From a virus, in the IMG/VR virus record IMGVR_UViG_3300026257_000002, positions 68,523 through 132,522 of that record: 64,000 nucleotides of DNA, one strand, 5' to 3'. The translations under genes and the position numbers were made by a program. This document shows positions 19,164-30,587 of this stretch, piece after piece. The number at the start of each line of letters is the position of its first letter. Positions within the stretch are counted from its first letter, which is position 1. The notes under the pieces are model-generated. The model worked only from the letters and a program-made list of their open reading frames with translations. It was not told the origin of the DNA and ran no database searches.

Positions 19164-21170
19164 TTAGCTTACCCCCGTACCAGAAATATATGCTACAGCA
19201 TTAGTAATATACAATATCGTTGCTATTCCATATCCCGCTAATGTCTTATCTCCAGTAGATCCATTAGTAAATTTAAGTGTTATTCCAGTACCTTCAGTAA
19301 GTGTACAACTAGAACTGTGATCATTTACCACTGTAATCATAGATCCAGCAGATAATCCAGCTGCTCCTCCTTCAAATGTTACCGAACCACCGCCAACAGT
19401 GACAATTGCTTCTCCAGAACTATAGTTAGTAGTATTAACTATTTCAGCACCAGTTGTGTTATTGATTTTGACTGTTCTAATATCTACACTTAACTTGTCA
19501 CTAATAGTTCCGTCAATACCGATTGATGCTTTTGTAACAGTATTGAATGAAAAATCAATAGGGTGATCGCTGCTACTGTGGATTTCTAAACTAGAAGTTT
19601 TTGCGGTAAGAACAAGGAGACCATTAGTATTTGTCTTATCACCAATACTTAAAGTAGTATCGCCACTAGGGTTATCAATTTCTATACTACCAGTATCAGC
19701 ATATAATTTTAGTGGAGAAGCAGTAAAAGCAGCACTTGAATCTAATTCAATGTGTCCTGCACTCTGAATATTTGTTTGGATGATACCGTTGCTATCAAGT
19801 TGAAAAGCACCACCAGCAATTGTCAAACCAATATTAGTTTCCCAACATCCACTAGCATTATCATAAGTAATAAGCTTATCAGTAGTTCCTTTCAGTGTAA
19901 TACCACCACCATCAGCCAAAAGATCAGTAGGTGATCCACTAGTGCCAAGTTCAATATTTTTATCTTCTACTGTTAAAGTAGTTGTATCAATGGTAGTAGT
20001 AGATCCAGAAATATCAAGGTTACCTACAACATAAAGATCCTTATAAACAATAACTCTTTCAGATGCATCAGTCGTCTGAAGTTGAATGTAAGTATTAGTA
20101 CCCTCTTTAATAGCAAGAGCATTTGTTGCATTATCTGTAATAGTAACTTCTGTTTCTGAATCTTCAAGATTTACATTCTCATTAACTTTTAATGAATTAT
20201 TAATTACTGTTTCACCATTTCCATTAGCAGCACCAATTCTTATATCATCATTAGCAATTAGTAAATCAAAAGTATTTTGTGATGAAAGAATTTCACCACC
20301 ATTAACGTTTAAGTCACCATCTAGAACTGTATCATCAGATCTAATATTAAAGTTACTGTTTATTCCAGTGTTTCCAAACGTACTAAGACCAGTAACCACA
20401 GTAGAGGCAGCACCAAAAGCATTGACTGTTGCTGCTATCGTATTAAAAACATTGATAGAAGTTCTCGATGTTGTAATATTATTATTTCTGATAGCAAGAG
20501 TGCCAACAACATCAGCACCTATTGTAATATCAGTTGCGTCCATAAGGACTTGGGCAGTATCAATATAATTATTGAAAATAGTTGCTGTTGTTGCAGTACT
20601 AGCATCAACCTTAATAATACCTGAATTTACTGCAAGTTCTCCAGTAAGTGTAGTGTCCAAATCTACTTCTAGTGTATCAATAGAAGCAATTCCATCAATC
20701 CATAAGTTATTCCATTGCTTAGCGAGAGTACCTAAATTATAGTTAGCAGTTGAATCAGGAACAATACTTGATTGAACATCTGCATTGAGTATAATATTAT
20801 CAGTATCAAGATCACCAAATGTTAATGTGCCACCAGTTCCAGAACCTGCTCTAAATGTAATATCTCCATCTACTTCTAAGTTACCAGTAACAGCAAGACT
20901 GGTAGTTAACCCTAATTTATTAGCATCTACTTTATAAAATCCTTGACCTGTATCCCAGAATAAACTTGGTGATGCTAATGTGCCATCATCCATCCCAATA
21001 GTTTGATTTGATAAATCAACATCACCATTAATGATCTCATTGATTGCAGTGACTACAACATTTGTCGGAGTTAGTAATAAACTTGCATCTCCCACATCAG
21101 TGCCGATGAGATTAAGCATCTGGCGCTGTTGCTCGAATGTAAAACTAACTAATACTTCTCTAATTGCCAT
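19164..21170 (-). CDS. Tail fibre / fibritin-like protein (668 aa)
   Basis: N-terminus MAIREVLVSFTFEQQRQ, beta-repeat shaft (LTVEDKNIELG...ADGGGITLKG), C-terminal GSMITVVN...AYISGTGVS domain. Confidence 0.7.
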   Translation of the reverse strand: MAIREVLVSFTFEQQRQMLNLIGTDVGDASLLLTPTNVVVTAINEIINGDVDLSNQTIGMDDGTLASPSLFWDTGQGFYKVDANKLGLTTSLAVTGNLEVDGDITFRAGSGTGGTLTFGDLDTDNIILNADVQSSIVPDSTANYNLGTLAKQWNNLWIDGIASIDTLEVDLDTTLTGELAVNSGIIKVDASTATTATIFNNYIDTAQVLMDATDITIGADVVGTLAIRNNNITTSRTSINVFNTIAATVNAFGAASTVVTGLSTFGNTGINSNFNIRSDDTVLDGDLNVNGGEILSSQNTFDLLIANDDIRIGAANGNGETVINNSLKVNENVNLEDSETEVTITDNATNALAIKEGTNTYIQLQTTDASERVIVYKDLYVVGNLDISGSTTTIDTTTLTVEDKNIELGTSGSPTDLLADGGGITLKGTTDKLITYDNASGCWETNIGLTIAGGAFQLDSNGIIQTNIQSAGHIELDSSAAFTASPLKLYADTGSIEIDNPSGDTTLSIGDKTNTNGLLVLTAKTSSLEIHSSSDHPIDFSFNTVTKASIGIDGTISDKLSVDIRTVKINNTTGAEIVNTTNYSSGEAIVTVGGGSVTFEGGAAGLSAGSMITVVNDHSSSCTLTEGTGITLKFTNGSTGDKTLAGYGIATILYITNAVAYISGTGVS

Positions 21171-21363
21171 TTGTAAGTTTCTTTAGTAACTGCTTGATTT
21201 CATCAAGTTCTTGCTTCAAAGTATTTATCTCGTTTCTAATACCAGTTCTATTTTGTTTGAATTTCATATATTTTTCATATTCAGAACGATTTGAATTAAT
21301 CACAGCACCACTTTGCACATCACGATATAAATTGCTGTGACCTTCTACTTTAACCTTATTCAT
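21160..21363 (-). CDS. Conserved small cyanophage protein
   Basis: KVEGHSNLYRD..SGAVIN motif followed by a coiled coil; overlaps both neighbours. Confidence 0.7.
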   Translation of the reverse strand: MNKVKVEGHSNLYRDVQSGAVINSNRSEYEKYMKFKQNRTGIRNEINTLKQELDEIKQLLKKLTNGN

Positions 21364-24300
21364 TATGAGTGAGCAATAGCACGAATATCTTCAATTCTTG
21401 GGGCAAGTGCTGGATCATTTCCAACAAAGACAATTTTAATTGCAAATGATGAGAATGGTTTCAGATCATCAATGGTATATACATATTCTAAATATGAATC
21501 CAGATCTTCTACTGATGGAGATAAAGATTTAAGATTATTTGGAATTAAAATATCAGTATTGTCTGAATATCCAGTGCCATTGAAAGCTTCCCATGAAATA
21601 TTTCTAAAATCATCAGAACTACCATCAGGTCTTACTTTATAGAAAACTTTGATATTTTTATTATCAAACATATTTGCAGTAATCTTACAATCAAGAGATG
21701 TGGCAGGAGATTCTAAAGTTACTTCTTTAGTGAGATACTTAGAAGATGTAGAACTATTGAATGAATCTTCACCTACAAACAAGAAACCATTAGATGCAGT
21801 TACTCCAGTAATAGATCTACTTGTCACAGGAGTCGTTCCTGTGTTGCTGTCATCAATGATATCATTGACTGCAAAAAGTTCATCAGTAGTAACTTTAACT
21901 TTCAGTGATCCAGTTCCAGAATCCCATCCAATAACAATACCAGATTTAACTGAAACAGTATCTAGTGTTGCTTCCACACCTCCTTGCTGAATAATGTTAC
22001 CTGCGACAAAAGGTCCATTTGTAACATTAATTAATTTTAATGTTTTATTATTTAAATCAACTGAGACAACTTGACCAGCAGCACCACCAGATTGAATTAA
22101 ATTTGTATTACTATCAACAGTATTAATGAAATTACCGCCACTAGAATTAGAATAAACCAAGACTGCAGTGGAAACTACATCAGGATTAACAGTGGTTACT
22201 GTATAGTCAGAATTTGTATCTACACTTAGAGTTTGAGATACAGTACCAAATCTATCTTCATTACCAGTTGGATTATCCATTCTAGAAGAAACTGTGATCA
22301 AATTACATCTATTAGCATCAAGCACTGGTGAAATATTATCTTTTGTTGTTTGAAGTGAAATAGTCTGAGTAATAGATCTTTCTCCATTCATCAAAGATGC
22401 TTGAGCTCTGTATACTTCATTAACTGGTGAAGCGATTATTCTACTTTCTTCAAAGTAATAATTGTCATTAGAACTAATAAAGTAGGTAGGAGAAATCTTA
22501 TATTCATTAGTTGTATTTGAATCAACTGCTTTGCCATAAACAGTTTTGATATTTTGAGAAACTGTAGATGATGGGAAGGTCAGAAGAGCAACTTGAGGAG
22601 AAACAATTTGATATAATTTATTAGTAGTTGCTGTGATTGCAGTTCCACCTCCAGAACCACTTCCACTCACAGAAACATTAGCAGCAGTCCAAAGATCACT
22701 GTCAATAAAAATGCAGTATTCATCAATACCAACATTACTCACAGAATGTAACCCGTTTATTAATGTTACAGGAACTCCGTAAATACCATTTACCGCCCCA
22801 GCACCAACAACATTACCAAGTATGACAAGATCACCTTCATTCATACCATGATTAGGATGATTAACGCGAAGAATTTTTTGGTTGGAACCAAATAGTGCTG
22901 AAGTTCCTAAAGTTTCATCAACAGAAATAGCATTGTCTGGAAGATTTACTACATCCAAATCATCATTGATTAATTCGATATTTGCTGTTCCTGTAGTATC
23001 AAATACACATCTGTTAGTAGAAAATTTAAGATCTTGTAAGGTATCTTCAATCCATGCAGAAGAATTTTGTGACTTATACAAAGACCCTACATCCGGTTGT
23101 GTAGATGCAGCAACTGTGCTATTCAGAAGTGAATCACCTACTATTGAACTATACAAAGTATAATCTTTAGATGATGTAGTTACTACTACAGCATATGTTG
23201 CATCATTTTGTAAATAAACAGGTGACTTAAAATTAAACTTAGTTTTATTAGAAGCATCAGATGAAGTTGAAATACCCATCCTAACTGCTGGATTTGTTAC
23301 TTTAAATACCGCTGTAGCAGATGCTAAACTATCACCACCAGAAATACTTACTGTGGGCGCAGTATAATAACCAGATCCTTTGTTGGTTAGATTAACTTCA
23401 TACACTTTACCATTATAAATTTTAGCTGATGCACTAGCAGAAGAACCAAATGATCCACCGATATCACCAGTAATATTGACTACTGTAGTTTCATCATTGT
23501 ATTGAGAACCAAAACTAGTAACTTTAATTTTATCAACTATACCCGAATCATTATCTACATTAAATGTAGTGATAGTAATCGCAGGAGATCTATTAACGAC
23601 AAATTCTTCACCTGCAATAAATTCAGTTCCATTATGGTTTGAAAGAATTAAGTTATATCTAGCGTTTGTTGTTGTAGTAGTTAAATTAGTCTTAATGGTT
23701 CCCACAGCACCGGAAGTTTTTCCAGTGATTGTTTCACCAGCAAAAAGTGTAATACCAGAAGGTACATCAACACTCATTTTAATTCTGAGTCGGGTGTCTG
23801 AACTTAAAGAACACTCACTAAATGGTAAAACTGTTCTTGTAGGAACACCACCATTAGTTTCTGTTAAATATACACTTACCGGTCTATTAGTATCTTCTCC
23901 AGTTGGAGTTGCTTTATTTGCAAAGTAAAGATCGATACTAGAAAGGAATAATCCTTCTTCAAAACCAGAAACTCGGAATGTTTGGGCGAGAGGATCTAAT
24001 AATCCAGACTGATTGATATTAACTAATGAACTACCAACATACTGAACTGTATCAGAATTTGAAGTTGACCTTCTGCTGATATAAGGTACTCTGGTTGACT
24101 GAATAGAGGTTGTGAATGTTTCTGGCAATCCAGTTACGTTATATGATGTTTCTGCAAAAGTAGCAACATCTGAGTTAGAACCACTATTCGTAGCACTTGA
24201 AGTTAATCTAAATGATTTGCTACCAACAACAAATGATTTCTTGGAACTTGTTTCATCGTAGAATGATCCAGGAGAAATTTGTAAATCAATTGTCTTCTTA

Positions 24301-27300
24301 CCTTTAATTGGAGAGTATCCATTAGGAATTAAGAAAATACCACTGATACTTCCATTATCATCGGTAATAATATCTTCACCAAAACCTTTTTCGGCATATC
24401 CAGCAACACTAGTAAATGGTGTTGTGATATTAGTAACATCATCTGGATTTGTCCATGAAGAAACGGCGATGCCATCAAAGAAAGCATATAACTTAGTATT
24501 CGGTTCGAGACCATTAACAACAAATTTAACTTGCTTAGATCTAATATAAGGATTATATGGAGTTGATAAAGTTCTTTGACCTCGATCTGCTGCAGCAGAT
24601 CCATAAGGTGAAACTCTATTTAATGTACCATTTCTAGATCTTGTTCTAGTTTTACTAGCGATAACAATATCAGGTACTGAAGCAAATTGATTAGAAGATC
24701 CAATGAAGTTAGTGGAGTTACTTAGAGTATATGTTGGCGTTCCAATCCATGAGATCTGCCATTCATTCCAAAGACTTCCCCACATTTCAGGATTATTATT
24801 TTTGATATTATCAAAAACAGAGTTTTCATTTACAATTAATTCAGGCGCTGTATCAGTATCTTTCCACTCATCAATATTAGGTTCTAATGTCATCAAACCA
24901 GCAAACTTTGCTGATTTATCTGGGTTAACTGCGATAGTTTTAGTAGCAGCTAAATTTTCTACCGTTTTCATCTCAGTATAAGGTAGCATAATAAGCTCAC
25001 CTTTTCTTATATATCCACTAGTAGCTCTTTGAGCATCATTTAAATCTTTTTCAATAAGACTTGTTTGAGAGGCAGCATAACTAGGTCTCAAAATTCCTAA
25101 TTGAGTATCAACAGCACATCTGTAATCAGATGATCCTGTATTACCAACTCCATGACCCTCAAAATTATCTACAAGAATACCATTCTTGAATCTGTCATTA
25201 CCAAACTCATCTTTAACTTGAGTATTGAATGTATCTTGCTCCAGAAGACTTAATACTGTATAGTATTCAAGTTTCTCAACTCTTTTTTCTAACTTACCAA
25301 TGTCTCTCATCGTATAACGACGATTATCAAAACTCTTGGAAGTAATATCAGAAATACTATAGGTATAAGCAGGAATATTTAAGTGGTATAAAAGAATGCC
25401 ATCAGAAATTTCTTGAGGTATTTGTGGGTTTAGTGAAGGTGTTCCTTTTGAAACAACAAAACCACCTGTCTTAGCAATATAAACGGAATCAATTCTATTC
25501 AGATAGAATTGATATCCAGCATCAAAAGACGTTCCTGCAATAGGAAGTGTGGATGCAGAAGATCCTGTTCCAGTAAATTTAAGAGCATTTACAGTTACTT
25601 TATCACTATATCCTGGAATTACTGTAGCTGTGTCAAGACCATCATAGTCAGAAACTCTTGGTCTAAAGTCAACTGTATCTCTAAGTGAAATTCTTCCATA
25701 AACACTTGAGTCATAGTATGGAATATCTTTATAAGTAATATTGGTATATGAGTCTACTGTAAAATAATCACCGGTATTAACACCACCAATATGTTTGAAG
25801 TAATCGAATACCACAAGAAGTCTGCTGGTAGGTGCAATTGCTCCTGGTTTTAGTGTAATACGAGCAAGATCATAATGTGTATCTCTTTGACCACCATCAA
25901 AATTAAAGCGATCAGTGACTTGAACATCGTTATTAGTGGCAGGTGAATCAGTAGCAGACATATAAACTGCTTTTAATTTCAGTCCATCAGCATACTGAAT
26001 GGGAATCGAAGGATCTGAAAATCCACTAGATACATGATATTCTTGATTTTCTACAAGAATTTTAGTCTTAGGAGAAGTATCTACCTTTCTTACAGGAGCA
26101 ATTAACTTAAATGGAATGTTAGCAAACGTAACACCAAGATCAATTGTAATACTTTGAGCACTATTGCCCAAATCTACTTTACCAGAGAGGTCAAGTAATT
26201 CACCAGTATTTGGATTTGTCATCACATAATTTTCTGATGTATATCCAAGGAACTGCTCGTTCGTTCCTACGCTAATATTAATAGCACCACTAGCATCGAG
26301 ATTTCCTAAGAATTCTTGCTGCACTGTATAGTTGATATTGGTATTATTAGCATCCAATACCATTGTTTTTACATGCTTATTTGGTAGTGGATATATTAGA
26401 GTATTAGTCTCAGCACCAGAAAGTTTTGAACGAATTCTAGAAATTTTCTTAGTAGAGAATGATGATAGAATAGCACCATAGATATAAATTTTAGCAGAAT
26501 CTCCACTACCATCAGGTACTGCATATTTTACTGAGTATTTTCTAGTAACACCAGGATTATCAACAACAGCAATAACATCTCCTGTCACTAGATCTACATC
26601 TGGTCTAGATCCAAGATTATCTGCCTTAATGAAATAGTCTCCTTCGGTAGCACTAAATGTAGCTCCATTATCGATATAATATGAAAGATCATTGCTGTAA
26701 ATATCACCAGCAAAAGGATTTCCTGTTGTAGCATTAAAGAAACTCTTAACGAAAGATGAATCATAATTTACGATGGTGTTAGCATTCAGGTTTGCTGCGA
26801 CAAAACATCCACTCCCAGTAGGGTCAACAATTTCTATAGTAGGAGGAGTAACAAATGTTCCTAATGCTAACCTTGCAGCAGGTGTAATTGTGATAGATCT
26901 AATTTCATTATTTAAAATAACGATATTTGCAGCACCAATGTCAGTAAGTCTATTTACACCATTAATGTTGATTGCAGTGATATTTGTATTTAAGTTATAT
27001 GCAGAACCAAAAGATATCATCTTAAGTGATGCTAAAGAACCTTTTGGTTCTACGAAATTATATGGGGTTGAGGTTTCATCTTGTTCAGAAAGTAAAGTCT
27101 CTCCGTCAATAAAAGTGCCGGAAACTCTAGATAAAATTACTTCATTTGTATCATCAATTAACTGCTCTACAATTCCTCTAGCACCACTTGTCTGACCAGT
27201 AATGAATTTACCTAATGAGAAATTTAGTGGATTTCTGCATAAAATTTTAGTAAAGTATTCTGCATTGAATAAACCAAGTTTATAAAGTGATGATTTATCA

Positions 27301-28925
27301 TAAACTCCTCCTGTAGAAGTTCCAGTGAGAAACTTAACTGATTTAGTTTTACAAATACCAATAACTGGTGTTGTAATTCTTTCTGTTGTTTTTAATGTTC
27401 CTGAAACAGCTCCCATGGTGATACTTTCACCAATACCCCAGTCACCCGAAGTTGCTTTCGTTACAATAGCAACTGCTTCAGTTTGAGATGAATTTAATTG
27501 ATAATATCTAACTTGACCGCTTTGGGCACCAATACTGTAATTGGTATTTACTGGGACTAAATCTACATCACTTAAAGTCTCAACTGTAATCATCCAGAAC
27601 TCTTCTCCATCTGGTGCGGTATCGTCGAGATTAGCAGTAGTTTCGCCAAATGCAATATCATGATACTTATCATAGAATTTCAATTCTTGATATGCACTAG
27701 TGCTAAGTAATCCAGTACCAGTCAAGTTCTGAGATTTACTTTCAACATCAGGGAATGATAGAAGATTAGTTGCAGTAAAATTAGATCCTTCTCCAGGACT
27801 TAATGAATTATTTTCTTGTGTCTCAGTTTCTCTTGCTTTATCAACCTCAAGATATCTTACTGATGTAGTCTCAATTTCATATCCTTTTACATATGCTTTT
27901 CCTGGTTCAATAACCACTACAAATTTATCTTCAGAACCACCTTGTTCTACAGAATATACACCATTATTATCTACTGTTGATAAACTTTCTTTAAAGTTTA
28001 GTAAAAATTCTTTAACTACATAATCACCCGATTCATCAAATGTTCTCCTTGCAAGAATATCTTCAATAAGACTATTACGAGAAACAACTCCTACAGTAGG
28101 ACTAATAGAACCATCCTTTATCTGAAGTAGTTCGACAAAATCTTTTTGTGCTGCTAAATCAATAGGTCTTGATACTAAAGTTACCGATAACTTAAGTCTA
28201 TGAGCGCCAGGAGCAGCATAGTTAGAATAACCCTGAGCATTGTCAAGCAAAGAGAAATCTTCTTCTGGTGTGATAAGTTGTTCTGATACAATAAAACCTA
28301 CCTTATAAGTAGGATTATTAGAATACTTATCTAGAATTAAAGTTTCATTTTGATTTTTCACCAAAGATCCATTGATGAAGTAGATACCTTCTCTGACTGA
28401 AACAGCAGAACCATATCCCATGGCAGCACTTTCAGTAGGTTTCACATTTCCACTAATACCAACAATCGCTGTCGGAGCTCCTGGTGAATTGGAAGTTATA
28501 GTCTCACCTTCACTAAAGGTAAGTGCAGTATTACTACTACCACCAGTTTCATACTTAACAAATAAAGTGGTTGAATCTGATGAAGTAGCAGCTGTAGCAT
28601 TTAATACCGTAGCAACTACACCAGAAACATTACCAGTCATTTTCTTACCGATATAATCGGTAATTTCTAAGTTATTCGTGAAAGAACTTACTTTCACAAA
28701 ACTATATTGTTTGTCTACAATAACTTCCCCAGGAACAACAACAGATCCCTGTTTAAAGTTTGCCTTAGCAAGACTTTCAACTTGATTTTGTAAAATAGAT
28801 TGTAAAGTTGTTAATTCCCTAGATTGAATTGAGTATCCAGGTCTGAAAAGAACTCGGTAAAAGTTGCTATTCGGATCAAAATCATCAAAATATGGAGATT
28901 TGTTTAGATTAGTACTCTGGGGCAT
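21363..28925 (-). CDS. DUF4815 / VrlC-like large virion structural protein (2520 aa)
   Basis: N-terminus PQSTNLNKSPYFDDFD...FYRVLFRPG..IQSRELTTLQSILQNQ; YTMRDIGKLEKRVEKLEYYT; DPLAQTF motifs. Confidence 0.85.
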   Translation of the reverse strand: MPQSTNLNKSPYFDDFDPNSNFYRVLFRPGYSIQSRELTTLQSILQNQVESLAKANFKQGSVVVPGEVIVDKQYSFVKVSSFTNNLEITDYIGKKMTGNVSGVVATVLNATAATSSDSTTLFVKYETGGSSNTALTFSEGETITSNSPGAPTAIVGISGNVKPTESAAMGYGSAVSVREGIYFINGSLVKNQNETLILDKYSNNPTYKVGFIVSEQLITPEEDFSLLDNAQGYSNYAAPGAHRLKLSVTLVSRPIDLAAQKDFVELLQIKDGSISPTVGVVSRNSLIEDILARRTFDESGDYVVKEFLLNFKESLSTVDNNGVYSVEQGGSEDKFVVVIEPGKAYVKGYEIETTSVRYLEVDKARETETQENNSLSPGEGSNFTATNLLSFPDVESKSQNLTGTGLLSTSAYQELKFYDKYHDIAFGETTANLDDTAPDGEEFWMITVETLSDVDLVPVNTNYSIGAQSGQVRYYQLNSSQTEAVAIVTKATSGDWGIGESITMGAVSGTLKTTERITTPVIGICKTKSVKFLTGTSTGGVYDKSSLYKLGLFNAEYFTKILCRNPLNFSLGKFITGQTSGARGIVEQLIDDTNEVILSRVSGTFIDGETLLSEQDETSTPYNFVEPKGSLASLKMISFGSAYNLNTNITAININGVNRLTDIGAANIVILNNEIRSITITPAARLALGTFVTPPTIEIVDPTGSGCFVAANLNANTIVNYDSSFVKSFFNATTGNPFAGDIYSNDLSYYIDNGATFSATEGDYFIKADNLGSRPDVDLVTGDVIAVVDNPGVTRKYSVKYAVPDGSGDSAKIYIYGAILSSFSTKKISRIRSKLSGAETNTLIYPLPNKHVKTMVLDANNTNINYTVQQEFLGNLDASGAINISVGTNEQFLGYTSENYVMTNPNTGELLDLSGKVDLGNSAQSITIDLGVTFANIPFKLIAPVRKVDTSPKTKILVENQEYHVSSGFSDPSIPIQYADGLKLKAVYMSATDSPATNNDVQVTDRFNFDGGQRDTHYDLARITLKPGAIAPTSRLLVVFDYFKHIGGVNTGDYFTVDSYTNITYKDIPYYDSSVYGRISLRDTVDFRPRVSDYDGLDTATVIPGYSDKVTVNALKFTGTGSSASTLPIAGTSFDAGYQFYLNRIDSVYIAKTGGFVVSKGTPSLNPQIPQEISDGILLYHLNIPAYTYSISDITSKSFDNRRYTMRDIGKLEKRVEKLEYYTVLSLLEQDTFNTQVKDEFGNDRFKNGILVDNFEGHGVGNTGSSDYRCAVDTQLGILRPSYAASQTSLIEKDLNDAQRATSGYIRKGELIMLPYTEMKTVENLAATKTIAVNPDKSAKFAGLMTLEPNIDEWKDTDTAPELIVNENSVFDNIKNNNPEMWGSLWNEWQISWIGTPTYTLSNSTNFIGSSNQFASVPDIVIASKTRTRSRNGTLNRVSPYGSAAADRGQRTLSTPYNPYIRSKQVKFVVNGLEPNTKLYAFFDGIAVSSWTNPDDVTNITTPFTSVAGYAEKGFGEDIITDDNGSISGIFLIPNGYSPIKGKKTIDLQISPGSFYDETSSKKSFVVGSKSFRLTSSATNSGSNSDVATFAETSYNVTGLPETFTTSIQSTRVPYISRRSTSNSDTVQYVGSSLVNINQSGLLDPLAQTFRVSGFEEGLFLSSIDLYFANKATPTGEDTNRPVSVYLTETNGGVPTRTVLPFSECSLSSDTRLRIKMSVDVPSGITLFAGETITGKTSGAVGTIKTNLTTTTTNARYNLILSNHNGTEFIAGEEFVVNRSPAITITTFNVDNDSGIVDKIKVTSFGSQYNDETTVVNITGDIGGSFGSSASASAKIYNGKVYEVNLTNKGSGYYTAPTVSISGGDSLASATAVFKVTNPAVRMGISTSSDASNKTKFNFKSPVYLQNDATYAVVVTTSSKDYTLYSSIVGDSLLNSTVAASTQPDVGSLYKSQNSSAWIEDTLQDLKFSTNRCVFDTTGTANIELINDDLDVVNLPDNAISVDETLGTSALFGSNQKILRVNHPNHGMNEGDLVILGNVVGAGAVNGIYGVPVTLINGLHSVSNVGIDEYCIFIDSDLWTAANVSVSGSGSGGGTAITATTNKLYQIVSPQVALLTFPSSTVSQNIKTVYGKAVDSNTTNEYKISPTYFISSNDNYYFEESRIIASPVNEVYRAQASLMNGERSITQTISLQTTKDNISPVLDANRCNLITVSSRMDNPTGNEDRFGTVSQTLSVDTNSDYTVTTVNPDVVSTAVLVYSNSSGGNFINTVDSNTNLIQSGGAAGQVVSVDLNNKTLKLINVTNGPFVAGNIIQQGGVEATLDTVSVKSGIVIGWDSGTGSLKVKVTTDELFAVNDIIDDSNTGTTPVTSRSITGVTASNGFLFVGEDSFNSSTSSKYLTKEVTLESPATSLDCKITANMFDNKNIKVFYKVRPDGSSDDFRNISWEAFNGTGYSDNTDILIPNNLKSLSPSVEDLDSYLEYVYTIDDLKPFSSFAIKIVFVGNDPALAPRIEDIRAIAHS

Positions 28926-28967
28926 ATTACTAGACTAGTAAGTTGTTTTGATCTTATATGGTATATA

Positions 28968-30539
28968 TTAGAATTCTACGACCAATTTGACATCTTCAAT
29001 TTGATCAATAGAACGAGAAACAGTTCTTCTGTTCTCAACATAAATGATGTCACCAGTATATTTTTTAATTTCTGGTGATGAATAACCATTAGCAAAAGTT
29101 AAATTGGAAGTAGTCAAACTATAAGTAGTGTCTGGAGTTTCAACAGATGATGAAAGTGCTCCAGTGATTGCATTTGAACCAGAGAAAGGAGTTAAATCCC
29201 CACCTTGGTCACCGGTAGCAATGTGCTCGTAGCTGCTCTGATATACTTTAAGGATTTTAGTGCTAGCATCCCAAGAAACAACTTTGCCTGAAGCACCGGT
29301 TGTAGATTGTGTTACAGTCTCGTCAATATTAAATGAAGCGACTGTTGCAGATGGAAACTTAATAGCAGTCAAACCATTATAGGTAGAACCAGCAGCTGCT
29401 CCACCACCAGACTCTTCAGGATTGCGAAGAACGCCAATTCTTCTGAAATCCGTATCAACAGGGAACTCAAGGTTCTCATCATATTGAACTCTGGAGTTTA
29501 CCATGACACGCTTAGTGCCAAGTTCCTTATAGATGTTATATCCATGTCCACCTGCAGGAGGAATGATTACTTCCAAAACTGCTTCTGCTCCAGGAGCTCC
29601 GATACCAGAGATTTCAGTTGAGTTTACGTTGATATAACCGTAGGTATATCCAGAACCGGGAGTAGTAATCGTTACTTCAGTCACAGCACCGCTGCTAACT
29701 TTGACTGTCGCAAGTGCTTGTGAACCTCCGTTTTGTGCCCAGTCTCCACGAATAGGAACATTAATATATCCAGTCGAAGCATTATCAGTATATCCTGTGC
29801 CACCTGTATTAATTACTACGGTGTCGATAGCACCGTCTACAGCGGCTGCTTTAACATCAACACCATTAGCGGGGTCTCCAGCAGATCCAACACCCCAGTT
29901 AGCAGGGACGGGGGCATAGGAGGTTGTGAAGAATTTAATTACATCATCAGTTCCAATGCTGTAGAGGAATTTCCACTTGTAAGTATCAGCAGTTGTGAAG
30001 ATAGTAGTACCAGTTCCAGTAGGGGCAACAGTAGAAGCAATACCATTGGGGTTGGCAGGTGATGAACCATTATAGATACACTTATAAACTTTATAGTCAC
30101 TTACGACATAATATTTTGCAGAGTAAATATGTGGTGCATTTTCTCCGGCAGAGTTTGCCTTGAAATCTGCGCTATAGTTAGAACGATACATTGAATATGT
30201 CGTTCCTGAAGTCCAATTATGTCTATTAATAACTAATCTAACATCTGATGACTGAATTCTCTTAAGAGAAATCATATCATCAAAAATTTCTTTCTCGTAA
30301 TTGAAACTATCGATTGGCGTAGGTGGATTGTTCTCATCAGGAGCGGCAAGATAAGATCCACTGTGCTGACTACCTGAAGCTTGACCGACATATGAAGTCG
30401 CACCAGCTACAGCAGCAGTATCCCAATCTTGGGGTCTACCCATGAAGAAGTACATATTCGTAGGGGCTGCCTCGGAAAATGCTTCTTCAAACTGTTGGGC
30501 ATTATGAATTCTAAATTGTTCAGAAATAAGTGCTGGCAT
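28968..30539 (-). CDS. gp8: Baseplate wedge subunit gp8
   Basis: MPALISEQFRIHNAQQF...W..G..Y.MY...Y.VYKCIYN...DTYKWKFLY...GDIIYVENR; lies directly after gp7. Confidence 0.85.
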   Translation of the reverse strand: MPALISEQFRIHNAQQFEEAFSEAAPTNMYFFMGRPQDWDTAAVAGATSYVGQASGSQHSGSYLAAPDENNPPTPIDSFNYEKEIFDDMISLKRIQSSDVRLVINRHNWTSGTTYSMYRSNYSADFKANSAGENAPHIYSAKYYVVSDYKVYKCIYNGSSPANPNGIASTVAPTGTGTTIFTTADTYKWKFLYSIGTDDVIKFFTTSYAPVPANWGVGSAGDPANGVDVKAAAVDGAIDTVVINTGGTGYTDNASTGYINVPIRGDWAQNGGSQALATVKVSSGAVTEVTITTPGSGYTYGYINVNSTEISGIGAPGAEAVLEVIIPPAGGHGYNIYKELGTKRVMVNSRVQYDENLEFPVDTDFRRIGVLRNPEESGGGAAAGSTYNGLTAIKFPSATVASFNIDETVTQSTTGASGKVVSWDASTKILKVYQSSYEHIATGDQGGDLTPFSGSNAITGALSSSVETPDTTYSLTTSNLTFANGYSSPEIKKYTGDIIYVENRRTVSRSIDQIEDVKLVVEF

Positions 30540-30575
30540 TTCTATAAATGTTAATGTTTACGGTTTTCCTTGTGT

Positions 30576-30583
30576 TATTTATA
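30576..30583 (-). promoter_or_regulatory. T4-type late promoter TATAAATA
   Basis: TATTTATA between the gp7 stop and the gp8 start. Confidence 0.7.
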
Positions 30584-30587
30584 TTTA

